From positions 672,001-736,000 of the forward strand of contig OY970209.1 in NCBI GenBank assembly GCA_963713855.1: a stretch of 64,000 nt of DNA, given 5' to 3'. The DNA is from an uncultured bacterium (lineage in GTDB: Bacteria > Babelota > Babeliae > Babelales > Babelaceae). Under the pieces are notes generated by a model that saw nothing but the letters and a program-made list of their open reading frames with translations, did no database searches and was not told where the DNA came from. Below, one piece after another: positions 53,609 through 64,000 of this stretch (positions within the stretch are counted from its first letter, which is position 1; each line of letters starts with the position of its first letter). Made by a program: the position numbers and the translations under genes.

Positions 53609-53992
53609 TCGACGTCCCAAGATTTCTAATCTTTAAAAAAACAGTATTTATTATATATTAATTCATTTAATGAACAATAGTCAATAAAACAACTTAGCTG
53701 AGAATTGCGCGAGGTCGAAAGATATTTTATTTTGTCCGGGGCAAGATCAGTTGAAACACTGATTCTATATAATTCTGATAAGGCTTTTGAATTTGTTCAA
53801 GATGCCGTCATTAGTATTTTAAGCCACTTTTAACAACTAGAGCGGATTACAATATTTTAAAGTCATTTAACTATTTTCGTCATCTTATTGATGGTGAGTC
53901 AAGAATAGTTTATCGAGATTGCGGGGAAAATCTCTATGCACTTGGATTCGAATTAAAGATGAATCGACTGTTCATTATGGGCAGGTTGCTCA

Positions 53993-55191
53993 TTAATTAA
54001 CTAATCTAGCCTGTTCTTCCATAGTAGCCTTAGAAAAACGCTTTTTGAGTAAAAAGATCCCAATTCCGCCAGCGATAGCCAAGATCAAAGCTACTGTTCC
54101 AGCTCCGATGCTGATTCCCACAATACAAGCGGTGCTACAACCGTCACCAGAACTATCTGATGCTAAGTTGCTATGGTTATGCTACCCGTACCCACAAATA
54201 GCCCGTTTACAGTAGCAAGATAAGCACCATTAGGTGAAAAAGCCACTGCTTCAGATACCGTATCGTGTGTATCAAAGACATAAGAAATTGGGCTGCTTAA
54301 ACCTTCAGGCGTTACGGTAAATAGGGTCACATCATTTGAATAAGCATTAGCAGTTGCTAGGCAGCCAGTTGGCGAAAATGCTACTACCAGAGGCTTATCG
54401 GAGCCTGAAGGTAAAATGTACGAATTTTTTTGAGTTAGTAGTCCGTTCACAAATCTAAATAGAGTTACATCACTTGAGCCAGTATTAGCAGTGGCAAAAA
54501 ATAAACCATTTGGAGAGAACGCTACTGATTGAGGCGTGCTTGAAGACAAAGGCAAAGGGGAGGAAGTGCCATTGCTTAAAGTCGCTCCTTCTTCGATTTT
54601 AAATAGGGTCACATCGTTTGAAACTTGATTAGCCGTAACAATATATGAGCTATCGGGTGAAAATGCCAACGAATAGGGGCGAGTAGATTCAGAAGGTAAT
54701 GGGTACGAAGTACCGTTGTTCAAAGTGCCTCCCATTTCCACTTTAAATACTGTCACATCATTGGAAAGCCAATTGGCGGTTGCAAGGAACTTGCCGTTTG
54801 GTGAAAATGTTACACAATAAGGCTCTGAAGATTCTGCAGGCAAGTTGTAGTTTCTTGTATTTGGATCTAATGTGCCGTCCGGATTTACCGTAGATATGGC
54901 TACACCAACAGCACAAGTAGCAAGATATAAGCCGTTCGGTGAAAACTGTATCGACTGATGACTATCGTGGGGGTAGGTCGTGCCGGCATTCAAATTTCCA
55001 TTAGTTAGCGTAAACATTGTCACACTATCAGCATTAGCTGTAGCTAGATAGATTCCATTTGGCGAAAATGCCATGCCTGCTGGGTTCACAACGTTGTCAT
55101 GTAGATCATGGGTGCTTGAAGATGCAACTGAGCAACTTTTAGGCTGTATATTGCTTGCAAAAGAAAGTATTAGAATTAAGAAAATGAGCAT
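53993..55191 (-). pseudogene. Single beta-propeller protein whose C-terminal TM anchor (53993..54169) is out of frame
   Basis: The ORF ends ITIAT*; the shifted frame reads NLASDSSGDGCSTACIVGISIGAGTVALILAIAGGIGIFLLKKRF..LVN*. Confidence 0.78.
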
Positions 55192-55837
55192 TCATTCATC
55201 TCCCTCAAATGAGCAGTTCATGTACCTTCTGTTTTGTGTAAAAACAGCTTTACCATAAGGCATCAGATAAGCAAATAGTACATCAACGCAAATTGTAATG
55301 TGCATCTGGTTGGCTTAAGCTAACTATACGTCATGGGTTTGTCAAGTCGCCAATATGCTGCAGCCTTAAGCGAAATTGCTATTGATAGTTCATAATGATC
55401 AGGAACAAACCTTATCTACTTACTGAAAGAAGTAATGGATAAGGATGTTATGAATGGATGCTGATGAAAGAGGATGAAAGTAAGGCAGCTAAGATTCAGT
55501 GAATAACTCAGTAATTGGACTGCAAATTAATCAAGACGTTGATAAAATTGCGGTGCAAAAGGTCAAGATAAGAGATCTTCTGATTTTAGCTTCAAGCTTT
55601 GGCCGGCTTTGTAAGACCTAGGTCACATTCTGGCAAGTCAAAGCCACCTGTTTAACTCTTGGGGCGTGATTAATAAAAAATAGTGATGAGCTTTTTAAGG
55701 CAATAGTTGCTTAAATCCTGCCGACTTTTTTGCATTTTTATTAAAGTTTAGGGAATGTAAAACGTCATTCGAATGTTCGCGGTAATCAATAATTTTTGTT
55801 ATAGTTACACCGTTATTTTTTGTTGAAAGGACCTCAA

Positions 55838-56278
55838 ATGTGTAATGCAATATTTGTGATTATCATGTGTAGCCTTGCATCGGTAAGCAGCTCTAACTGC
55901 GCAACATTATTTGAGAATGATGAATCGTTTACTTCTGATATCGCCAGGTTTAGTCTGGATAGCTGGGATATTGAAGATAGCTTCGATAAGGTGCTCATTC
56001 TGGGAACCGCTAATGCATTAGTACGTGAAGAAGAGCCTGTAACCGTTAATCACCTTGAGCTTAAAGGCAAACCGGAAATTCTCGAAAAAGTTGTTATAGG
56101 AATTCAAGATGGCGTGCTTGTAATCACTGCACCGGATGGATCAGAGCCTATTGAAATCTTTCTCCGTCTACCCAAAGGGACATTGACTTCTATTCACCAT
56201 AGCGGTAATGGTAGGTATCTATTTCAAGGTGAAAATTTTTCAGCAAATGGCGGCGGCGGATACTTTAACGAGGCATAG
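55838..56278 (+). CDS. Secreted protein, possibly DUF2807/GIN-like fragment
   Basis: Signal peptide; FDKVLILG, IQDGVLVI, LTSIHHSGNG. Confidence 0.5.
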   Translation: MCNAIFVIIMCSLASVSSSNCATLFENDESFTSDIARFSLDSWDIEDSFDKVLILGTANALVREEEPVTVNHLELKGKPEILEKVVIGIQDGVLVITAPDGSEPIEIFLRLPKGTLTSIHHSGNGRYLFQGENFSANGGGGYFNEA

Positions 56279-56531
56279 GAAACTTGCAATAGCTCTCAAA
56301 GAAGCGTTCTATTAGTTGCTGTGGTACCCCATCCTTTTGTGGTAATTGATTTTCCTTGTGTTATAAGGTCCAGGTTTGGGCATTTGATAAGCCAGATTTA
56401 CTCTTCCGCATTTTCCCACCTAATTCCATTTTATTCCTCATTTGATTTTTCAGGAGACATAGACTTAGTATATCGCTTTTGGTATGAGATTTTGCTAATA
56501 TAGTCGCAAAAAGAAGCTTTTAGGAGAGAGT

Positions 56532-58076
56532 ATGTTGATGAGTGAGCAGGAAAAATACTCTCTAACTTTCAAAGAGATACTTGACGATAAGCCGATTTAT
56601 GCTGGTCGGCTTTTGGAGCGAGCAGCTAGGCGCTGGCCGAAACGTACTGCCGTTATATGCCAAGGTGTGCAGCTGACGTTTTTAGAACTTTTTAATGAGG
56701 CGCTCAAAATTAGCGTCCAGCTTTCAAAAGCTGGCATAGGACGACAAAAGCGCGTTATGCTTTTATACGAAAATGCGCTTAATTTTTATAGAGCTTATCA
56801 TGCCGTCTGGCAGATCGGCGCTGTGATAGTGCCTGTCAACACGATGCTCCATCCAAACGAGCTAGCTATTATCATAGCTAATGCGCAACCTGACGGGCTT
56901 ATTATTTCTTCTACACTTTATGAAAAATATAAAAGCGTCATAGAGACAATTCCTTACGTTATGACTACAGCTGATTTAGAACGGTTCGTTCAACAAGGAA
57001 CTGCAGAAGTAAAACTGGAAAGCCTTGAGCCGCAAGAATTGAGTGTAATTCTTTATACCTCGGGTACGACAGGAATACCAAAAGGTGTCATGTTAACCTC
57101 AGAAAATATTCTTGTAAACAGTATACAAGCTAGCGCGCGTTTTACCATCTATCCCACTGACAGTTTTTTGGCCGTGTTGCCTCTTTTTCACAGCTACACA
57201 CAAAATAGCTGTATATGGTTTTCAACTCTTTTTGGTTTAAAAACTATTATTGTTCCAAAGATTGAGCGCAGCATGCTTATTGAGGCATTAGCTTATAATC
57301 CCACAGTCATTTTCGGCATCCCTCAGCTTTATGGGCTTTTTTGTCTTCTTAAAAACTTACCATTTCCAAAAGTGCGCTACTTTATGTCGGGTGGCGATCT
57401 TCTTCCTAATAAAACGCGCATGTCTTTCGAATTGATCTACCGAAGAAAAATCTGTACTGGTTATGGCCTAACCGAGGCTTCGCCGTTTATCTCTATCGAC
57501 ACCGATGACACCTTAAAGGTGCCAGACACGGTTGGTAAGCCGTTTGTAGGCATCGAATGCTCACTTAAAGATGAAGAAGGTGTTGAGCTCCAGTCGAATG
57601 AAACCGGGATTTTATGGGTCAAGGGAAAAAACGTTATGCTTGGTTATCATAACGCTCCAGGGCTTACAAAAGATGTTCTTGTTGACGGTTGGCTTAACAC
57701 GGGTGATATTGCGTACTTTACTCCATCAGGAAAAATAGTGCTTTACGGTCGCCAAAAAGACCTTATTAAAAGTAAAGGTGTCAAGGTGTACCCTCAGGAG
57801 ATTGAAAATGTAATCCTGGAACATCCACTTGTAATAGCAGCAGCGGTAGTAGGTGTGCAGACTGGGGAAGAAGAGATACCAGTTGCGTACGTGAGCGTAA
57901 GAAAACAAGCCTTACAGGATGCGCAAGTTATTGAGGAAGAACTGAGAGTTTTATGCGCGTCGCATCTTGCGACATACGAAATACCGCGCCGTTTTTATAT
58001 TCGCGATACTCTGCCTATGACGACAACCGGTAAGGTCGACAAAAAAGCACTCAAAAGAGAAACTGATGCGCGCTAA
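56532..58076 (+). CDS. Long-chain fatty acid-CoA ligase / AMP-binding enzyme
   Basis: YTSGTTGIPKG, GYGLTE, GWLNTGD, TGKVDK. Confidence 0.92.
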   Translation: MLMSEQEKYSLTFKEILDDKPIYAGRLLERAARRWPKRTAVICQGVQLTFLELFNEALKISVQLSKAGIGRQKRVMLLYENALNFYRAYHAVWQIGAVIVPVNTMLHPNELAIIIANAQPDGLIISSTLYEKYKSVIETIPYVMTTADLERFVQQGTAEVKLESLEPQELSVILYTSGTTGIPKGVMLTSENILVNSIQASARFTIYPTDSFLAVLPLFHSYTQNSCIWFSTLFGLKTIIVPKIERSMLIEALAYNPTVIFGIPQLYGLFCLLKNLPFPKVRYFMSGGDLLPNKTRMSFELIYRRKICTGYGLTEASPFISIDTDDTLKVPDTVGKPFVGIECSLKDEEGVELQSNETGILWVKGKNVMLGYHNAPGLTKDVLVDGWLNTGDIAYFTPSGKIVLYGRQKDLIKSKGVKVYPQEIENVILEHPLVIAAAVVGVQTGEEEIPVAYVSVRKQALQDAQVIEEELRVLCASHLATYEIPRRFYIRDTLPMTTTGKVDKKALKRETDAR

Positions 58077-59160
58077 AAAAAAAGTCCTTCACGTTATATC
58101 AAGCTTACATAGAGGCGGTGCTGAAACTTTACTTGTTATGCTTGTAAATCGCTTAACTGAGTATGAGCATCACGTGTGTTATTTTCATGAAGGTCCCTTG
58201 CGATCAGAGCTTGAAAACGCAGGCATTTCACTCACCCGCATAAAGGGTTTTCTGGCCCCCTATGACCCAATAGGCTTTTACAAGCTTTTAAAATGCGTCC
58301 GTCGCTTTAAGCCAGACGTTATTCATACGTCCTTATGGGCCGCAAATCTTATTGGCCCCTACATAGGTGCGCTGTGCAGCGTTCCTGTCGTAAGCGCTTT
58401 CCATACGCTGTGTGAGCATGAAGGAAAACTACGTACACTCATGGCGCGCTTTGGTGCACTTTCTCCCTCGCGTTTTATAGCGGTGTCTGATGGTGTTGCC
58501 CAATCACTTCAAAGATCGGGACGAGCGTATTTGAAAGAGATTACCCTTATACCAAATGGAATCGATACCTATGCTTTAACCCAAAAAGCTCAACGACCGA
58601 TAGCATACAAGCGGGATCACCTTTTTACCTTTGGGAGTGTTGGTCGCCTTGTTCCCGTCAAAAATTATACGCTTCTTCTTGAAAGCTTTTACGAGCTTAA
58701 AAAGCAGCATAACGCTATTCGGCTAATCCTAGTCGGTAACGGCCCACAAGAGAGCGTCTTGCGAATGCAGGCAAAAAGGTTAGGTATAGAGGATGCTGTA
58801 CTATTTATTGTCAATCAGGAGGCGGCACCTTATTACCACCTTTTCGATTGCTTTGTGCAGCCGTCGCTCTATGAAGGGCTTTCATTAGCACTCCTTGAGA
58901 GCATGGCTCTAGGAGTGCCAGTTATTACGACGAGCGCTCATGGGCAGCATGACGTTATTAAACATCTTCATGATGGGTTCTTGATAAAACCAAATGACGG
59001 TAAAGCGCTGACCGATGCTTTGAGTATGGTTCTCACTGATGATGGGTTGAGGCAGAGTTTTAGGAAGGCTGCTAAAATAACAGTTGCTCAAAACTTCACA
59101 CTCGATACAACAGCGGCTAACTACGACAAGATTTTGAGACAGGTGATGAAGGCCTTTTAA
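58066..59160 (+). CDS. Glycosyltransferase family 4
   Basis: GGAE, IPNGID, VGRLVPVKN, EGLSLALLESMALG. Confidence 0.92.
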   Translation: MRAKKKVLHVISSLHRGGAETLLVMLVNRLTEYEHHVCYFHEGPLRSELENAGISLTRIKGFLAPYDPIGFYKLLKCVRRFKPDVIHTSLWAANLIGPYIGALCSVPVVSAFHTLCEHEGKLRTLMARFGALSPSRFIAVSDGVAQSLQRSGRAYLKEITLIPNGIDTYALTQKAQRPIAYKRDHLFTFGSVGRLVPVKNYTLLLESFYELKKQHNAIRLILVGNGPQESVLRMQAKRLGIEDAVLFIVNQEAAPYYHLFDCFVQPSLYEGLSLALLESMALGVPVITTSAHGQHDVIKHLHDGFLIKPNDGKALTDALSMVLTDDGLRQSFRKAAKITVAQNFTLDTTAANYDKILRQVMKAF

Positions 59161-59165
59161 AAAAT

Positions 59166-59189
59166 CAGAGGGCGATTGCTCGCCCTCTG
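59166..59189 (+). terminator. Hairpin immediately after the GT4 stop
   Basis: CAGAGGGCGA-TTGC-TCGCCCTCTG. Confidence 0.5.
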
Positions 59190-59546
59190 GCCTCATCAAG
59201 GTTCGACCAACTTTACGCGGCTTTTGCTCGCCTTTGAGGCTAGGCCAAAAAGCGGTCGAGCTTTTAAGCACATTTTCTAAAGGCTTAAAAAATGTAGCTC
59301 GAGAGTAGTTAAAACTACAAAGGCCAATGTGACAATGGCCAGGATGGCTTACGACCCAAAGGCCATGAAGCTGCTTGACGACCTAAAGGCCAATCTAGAG
59401 AGATATAAGAGCACATACCGTCTCCTCTTTAAATAAGGATGAAACCGACTATACTTAGGAATTGAACTATTGAAGTATCAAAAATCCTGTTACTAGGGAT
59501 TAAAGTGTAGGCTAAAATAAAAAAAAAGCAAAAACTTTAAAAAACA

Positions 59547-62282
59547 TTGGTAAGTATGTTGAATTTGTTTGTTTCCTTTTTTAGGGCTGTGACGCACCCT
59601 TTCATATTTACAAGCCTTAAACTGTTAATGTTTTCTTTTAAGGTTTATTTCATTGCAGAGCTCTTTAAGGCTAAAATCCATACCAAGGTACCACCGCGGT
59701 TAGGATATTCTTTAATCATTTCGCTTATCATTAACAGTTTAGGCGACGTGCTTGGCATTGTGTATATTGGCCTTAAATACCTGAGCGATTCTTTTTTTAT
59801 TAACGAAGTCGCATCAATATGCAGAAAGCTTACACGTCCTATAAGTATAGCCGAAGGCGTATTATTCGCGTTGTTTATCAATGGCCTTATTCAGTTAGAT
59901 AGGGGAAAGAAACTTTCAAGGACTGCCATAGTATTTTCTACACTTGGGGCTTTTTTGTTATTTTGCCAACTTCTATCTATAACGCTTCCTATAAAGCGTC
60001 TTCAGGTTATGGACACGCTCCTTGACATTGACTTAACCGTATATCGAATTACCATTTTCTACTCTTTGACCGTTCTTGCAACAACTTTGCATCACGCTTT
60101 AAGGTCTATTCGCAGCAACGTCTTACCGCGTATTCTTACCGCACAGCTTAGAGCACTTTTAATGTACGCGTTAACACCCTACGTATCTATTGGATGTATC
60201 ATTTTTCTTATAACGCTTTTTTCAGATATTGGAAAACAAGAGTTTTATCCTATTTTTGGTTTATCTGCTATAGCCGTCAACTATATCTTCTACATCTGCT
60301 CTCGCCGAATCATGAAACTACGCTTTCTTAATTTATATGAGGACGTCCAGGTTAAATACGACAGCGAATTTATTAAGTATTTTAACGATGCTCTTGCAGG
60401 ACTTGCAAAAGCAACTGCCCTCTATCAGGTTGAAACGGTTACCAAAAACTTTGTTAGAGAAGCTTTTGAAATTCCTTTTGAAAAGACCCTTGTGTTTGTA
60501 CGGCCGTTAAGGTCAAATCAAGCTTTGCCAGAACTAGATCTTTATCAGGAAGGTTTACAATTAACGATTGAAAATCATCTTGCCAACGCTCCACAAAATC
60601 AAGCACTGCGTGCCTTATTAGAGCAATCAAAAATTTTGGTATTGGATGACCTTGAATTTACTTACTTTTATCAGCCCGATGAACTTGTAAAAAGAGCTAT
60701 TACGTTTCTCAAAAGTGCTGAAGCAGAAGTGTTTTTGCCTATTTATGACAAGCACTTTTTAATAGGCTACGTTATTGTTTGTCAAGGTGCGCGTGCACAT
60801 AAACTCTACAGCGCTGTTGACAAAGAAGAGATGATCGCCATGGCTATTTATCTTGAACGTGTGATTAACCTGTTGCAGCATGCAAATCCGGAACTCGTGC
60901 TTAAAAAACAAAAAGCACTTAATGACGAGTTAAAGGAAAAAGATCACGAATTGAATCTTTATAAAGATGCGCTTTTAAGCTTCAATCAATATAGACGCGA
61001 TCGTAAAATCGGTATTATACAGTATAAAAATAGGCACTTTAAGTACGTTAATACGGAAGCTCGCCATGTCATACCTATCGATCTTGATAATGAAGCCGGC
61101 CACTATGTCACACAGACACTTAAAGGATTAGGTGATCAAATCAAAGAAGATGGTACAGCTCACGTAACGCTCAGTTATGACCACGAAGGTCACCCACTTT
61201 TTATTCGGGGCATGCCAAATAGCCATGACAGTAGTATCATCTTTATTGTCATGCATGCTGAAATTGGTGACATTCTCAATTACACGCTTCCCACACTATC
61301 AGCGTCGGCCGACTGGGATTACGCCCTATTTTTACAAACGACTAAGGCGGGAAAGAGAATCAATGAGCTTATACCTGGGGCTACGCCGACGATCACTCAG
61401 TTTAAAATGAGTCTTTTGAGGGCTGCAATAAGTGAAAAGCCTTTGTTTTTGCATATTCCTGAGGAAGATGTAGCATTTGTTTCTGACATAATTCATTACA
61501 CAAGCTCACGAACGTACTTTGAGGTTTTAGAGGTTCTGCAACCTGAAAAAAACAATGAGGTGGGCCTTAAGCTTTTGGGAAGTAACCCGCTTTTAGAGCG
61601 GGCACCTAAAGAGCGTCCTTTTTTAGAAAAGCTTAATGCCCTTGGTACATTACTTATTAAGAATATCGATTTACTGCACATAGAAACGCAAATAGCGCTC
61701 GTAGAATACCTGCGGTATGGTTTTTTTCATCCCCTTAGGAGCGACCGGCGAATAGAGACAGATGTGCGACTTATCTTATCAAGCACGAAAGATATTAAAA
61801 GCCTTGTTCATGAGGGCGAGTTTTCATTAGAGCTCGCTGAAGAATTATCCCAGTGGACAATCACTCTTCCGTTAATTAGCCAGCTTCCTATTGCTGAGCA
61901 AGAATCGTTAATAGAAAGCTATAGAAAGCAGATATTGCATAAGGAGGCTGCTCAAACGCTTCTTGAAATTTCACCTAAAGAAAAAGCAAGTATTATCGAA
62001 AGAAAGCCGTCAAGCCTTGACGAATTAAGAAGGTGTGTCCATCTTCTTATAGCATCAAAGGCTGCAAAGAAGAAAATTCCCGAATTTGCACTTGATAATG
62101 CTCCTGTGGCCGCTGATCCGGAGTTGCAAAAAGCTGCTGTTCTTGGTAAAAATGCTCTTAAGGATGCGCGTATTGTTACGATGCTCTGGCACAAATTCAA
62201 AAGCCAAGCAAAAATCGCTCAGTTTTTGGGAGTCAACCGTTCTTCGGTGCATAAGCGCTGCAAGGAATATAACTTATCTTAG
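59547..62282 (+). CDS. Membrane-bound transcriptional regulator: multi-TM sensor, GAF-like region, degenerate sigma54-activator AAA-like domain, C-terminal HTH
   Basis: About seven TM helices; GTLLIKNID, QIALVEYL, DVRLILSS; SQAKIAQFLGVNRSSVHKR HTH. Confidence 0.75.
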   Translation: MVSMLNLFVSFFRAVTHPFIFTSLKLLMFSFKVYFIAELFKAKIHTKVPPRLGYSLIISLIINSLGDVLGIVYIGLKYLSDSFFINEVASICRKLTRPISIAEGVLFALFINGLIQLDRGKKLSRTAIVFSTLGAFLLFCQLLSITLPIKRLQVMDTLLDIDLTVYRITIFYSLTVLATTLHHALRSIRSNVLPRILTAQLRALLMYALTPYVSIGCIIFLITLFSDIGKQEFYPIFGLSAIAVNYIFYICSRRIMKLRFLNLYEDVQVKYDSEFIKYFNDALAGLAKATALYQVETVTKNFVREAFEIPFEKTLVFVRPLRSNQALPELDLYQEGLQLTIENHLANAPQNQALRALLEQSKILVLDDLEFTYFYQPDELVKRAITFLKSAEAEVFLPIYDKHFLIGYVIVCQGARAHKLYSAVDKEEMIAMAIYLERVINLLQHANPELVLKKQKALNDELKEKDHELNLYKDALLSFNQYRRDRKIGIIQYKNRHFKYVNTEARHVIPIDLDNEAGHYVTQTLKGLGDQIKEDGTAHVTLSYDHEGHPLFIRGMPNSHDSSIIFIVMHAEIGDILNYTLPTLSASADWDYALFLQTTKAGKRINELIPGATPTITQFKMSLLRAAISEKPLFLHIPEEDVAFVSDIIHYTSSRTYFEVLEVLQPEKNNEVGLKLLGSNPLLERAPKERPFLEKLNALGTLLIKNIDLLHIETQIALVEYLRYGFFHPLRSDRRIETDVRLILSSTKDIKSLVHEGEFSLELAEELSQWTITLPLISQLPIAEQESLIESYRKQILHKEAAQTLLEISPKEKASIIERKPSSLDELRRCVHLLIASKAAKKKIPEFALDNAPVAADPELQKAAVLGKNALKDARIVTMLWHKFKSQAKIAQFLGVNRSSVHKRCKEYNLS

Positions 62283-63073
62283 ACACGTACCATTTCCCAA
62301 AGTTCTATAAAATCCGTAAATGAGAGTTCTTGCGCACGAGCTCGTGACCACTTTTGAGGTAGAAGCGTAATAGGATAGTGGCTTTGCATCAAGTTATTGC
62401 GCAATGTTCTGCGCCTTTGCTTAAAGCACATTTTCATAAACTGCCAAAACCTTTCTTCATCAGTTATTGGTATAGGATCTTTATTCGGTTTAAAATAAAT
62501 TAGACGAGAGTTTACAGAAGGTGCTGGATAAAATGCTGTTGGAGGTATCGTGCAGAGAGACTTCCATTGAAAATAGTAACCGTAATACAGTGACTGGAAA
62601 GTGCTGTCCCCCGGTTGCGCCAGTATTTTTTGAGCAACTTCTTCTTGAACCATGATGACACCCTCAGCTAAAAGCGATCGGTGGCACTTTAACAGCCTAA
62701 GAAGCGGAAAAGTGATTTGGTACGGTAGGTTTGAAAGGAGTACCCATGGCTTATAAAGATCAAAGCGTTCTTTGAAATCTACCGACAAAATATCCTCGCA
62801 AAAAATGGTAAGCCGGCTATCATGTATCGTCTTTCCAACATACGAAGCCCATTCAGGATCTATCTCAAAAACCCAGAATCTTTCTAGTGGCTTATCGAGA
62901 ATTAACTGCGTCAAAAAACCGTCTCCGCTGCCGATTTCAAAAACTGAGCTTTTATCATTAAGCGTTACCGCTGATAGCATAGTATTAACAACAGTATAGT
63001 CACGCAGAAAATGCTGACCGTACTGCTTTTTAAGAGAAATGCCTTCTATAGCAGGTCCTCTTCTACCTTTCAT
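62279..63073 (-). CDS. rsmA: 16S rRNA dimethyladenosine transferase
   Basis: GQHFL, EIGSGDG, NLPYQI, MVQEEVA, QRRRTLRN. Confidence 0.95.
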   Translation of the reverse strand: MKGRRGPAIEGISLKKQYGQHFLRDYTVVNTMLSAVTLNDKSSVFEIGSGDGFLTQLILDKPLERFWVFEIDPEWASYVGKTIHDSRLTIFCEDILSVDFKERFDLYKPWVLLSNLPYQITFPLLRLLKCHRSLLAEGVIMVQEEVAQKILAQPGDSTFQSLYYGYYFQWKSLCTIPPTAFYPAPSVNSRLIYFKPNKDPIPITDEERFWQFMKMCFKQRRRTLRNNLMQSHYPITLLPQKWSRARAQELSFTDFIELWEMVRV

Positions 63074-63130
63074 GCAAGTTCTTTCGCGCAGTAGTGTTTT
63101 TTTGTAAAAAAACAGTTTAACGTTCAGGGA

Positions 63131-64000
63131 TTATTTTAAGAGTGCTTCTTGGAAAAAGTCCAAGTTTTCTAATACTCGTCCTGCTCCATTAACTACGCAC
63201 AAAAGCGGATTTTCTGCTATATGTATCGGCAAGCATGTTTCTCTGGAAAGAAGCTTATCCAAACCACGTAACAAAGCACCACCGCCTGCAAGCACGATTC
63301 CCTTATCAACAAGGTCTGAAGAAAGCTCAGGTGGCGTGTTTTCAAGAGCAACGCGTACAACTTCAACGATGCTTGAAACTGCTTCCAGCAGAGCTTCATG
63401 CACCTCAGGACTCGTTAAGCGAATTATTTTAGGTACACCCGTCATAAGGTCACGACCGCGAACTTCAGTGGTTTCAATCGGCTCGCTTGGCATTACGGTA
63501 CCTATGCCAATTTTAATCATTTCTGCTGTCCGTTCACCAATAAGTAAATTATATTTACGCTTGATGTAGTTGACGATTGCTCGGTCCATTTCGTCACCAC
63601 CTACGCGTACCGAGCGGCAAAACACCATGTTTTTAAGCGTGATGACAGCAACTTCAGTTGTACCACCGCCGATGTCAACGATCATGCTGCCAGTGGGCTC
63701 ATGAACTGGTAAGCCTGCGCCGATTGCAGCTGCTAACGGCTCTGTAATGATGTGTACCTCTCCCGCTCCCGCATTGCGTGCAGAGTCCTCAACAGCACGT
63801 CGCTCTACCTGCGTAATGCCAGATGGGACACCAATTACCATGCGCGGTTTTGCGAGAGTCCGTCTATTACCGTTAACCTCCCGAATAAAATAACGCATCA
63901 TACTTTCAGCAAGTTCGAAGTTTGCAATAACGCCTTCGCGCATTGGGCGGCAGGCTACAATGCTATCGGGTGTTTTTCCAAGCATTTCTTTAGCCCGTCT
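63131..64000 (-). CDS. mreB: Rod shape-determining protein MreB (5' end outside the window)
   Basis: EPLAAAIGAG, VDIGGGTTEVA, TPPELSSD, GGGALL. Confidence 0.97.
   Translation of the reverse strand, partial: RRAKEMLGKTPDSIVACRPMREGVIANFELAESMMRYFIREVNGNRRTLAKPRMVIGVPSGITQVERRAVEDSARNAGAGEVHIITEPLAAAIGAGLPVHEPTGSMIVDIGGGTTEVAVITLKNMVFCRSVRVGGDEMDRAIVNYIKRKYNLLIGERTAEMIKIGIGTVMPSEPIETTEVRGRDLMTGVPKIIRLTSPEVHEALLEAVSSIVEVVRVALENTPPELSSDLVDKGIVLAGGGALLRGLDKLLSRETCLPIHIAENPLLCVVNGAGRVLENLDFFQEALLK

Noticed and set aside
55200..55820. Long intergenic region, possible RNA or gene relic
   Set aside because: No convincing ORF, repeat or structure recognised.
59190..59440. Possible tRNA/ncRNA (GGTTCGA, several AAAGGCCA repeats)
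   Set aside because: No cloverleaf can be built. A short open frame (MARMAYDPKAMK..LLFK) suggests a gene remnant; support is insufficient.

Overview
AT-rich (roughly 40% GC by eye) bacterial chromosome segment. The gene content and style suggest an intracellular protist parasite, most like Candidatus Dependentiae/Babeliae (TM6); this is inference. Housekeeping blocks (trpS; ffh-rpsP-KH-trmD fusion-rplS; PBP1A; dciA-murG; tmk-holB; acyl-CoA ligase-GT4; mreB-rsmA) alternate with many signal-peptide-bearing candidate host effectors. These include five ankyrin proteins with C-terminal F-box-like motifs, tandem HipA/PI-kinase-like proteins, a GNAT trio, a Sel1 protein, an HExxH peptidase, a CVNH-like lectin and three beta-propeller surface proteins. 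Highlights: (1) a compact signal peptide-Hint-hydrophobic helix-toxin gene coupled to an internally duplicated immunity-like gene; (2) all three beta-propeller paralogs carry a single missing base that separates them from their membrane anchor; (3) a possible ADP-ribosyltransferase-fold ankyrin effector; (4) catalytically degenerate CdaA and sigma54-activator-like proteins; (5) 33-bp-phased repeats upstream of both AAA_14/DUF4143 ATPases; (6) a chimeric antitoxin. No rRNA, tRNA, CRISPR array or transposase was recognised.
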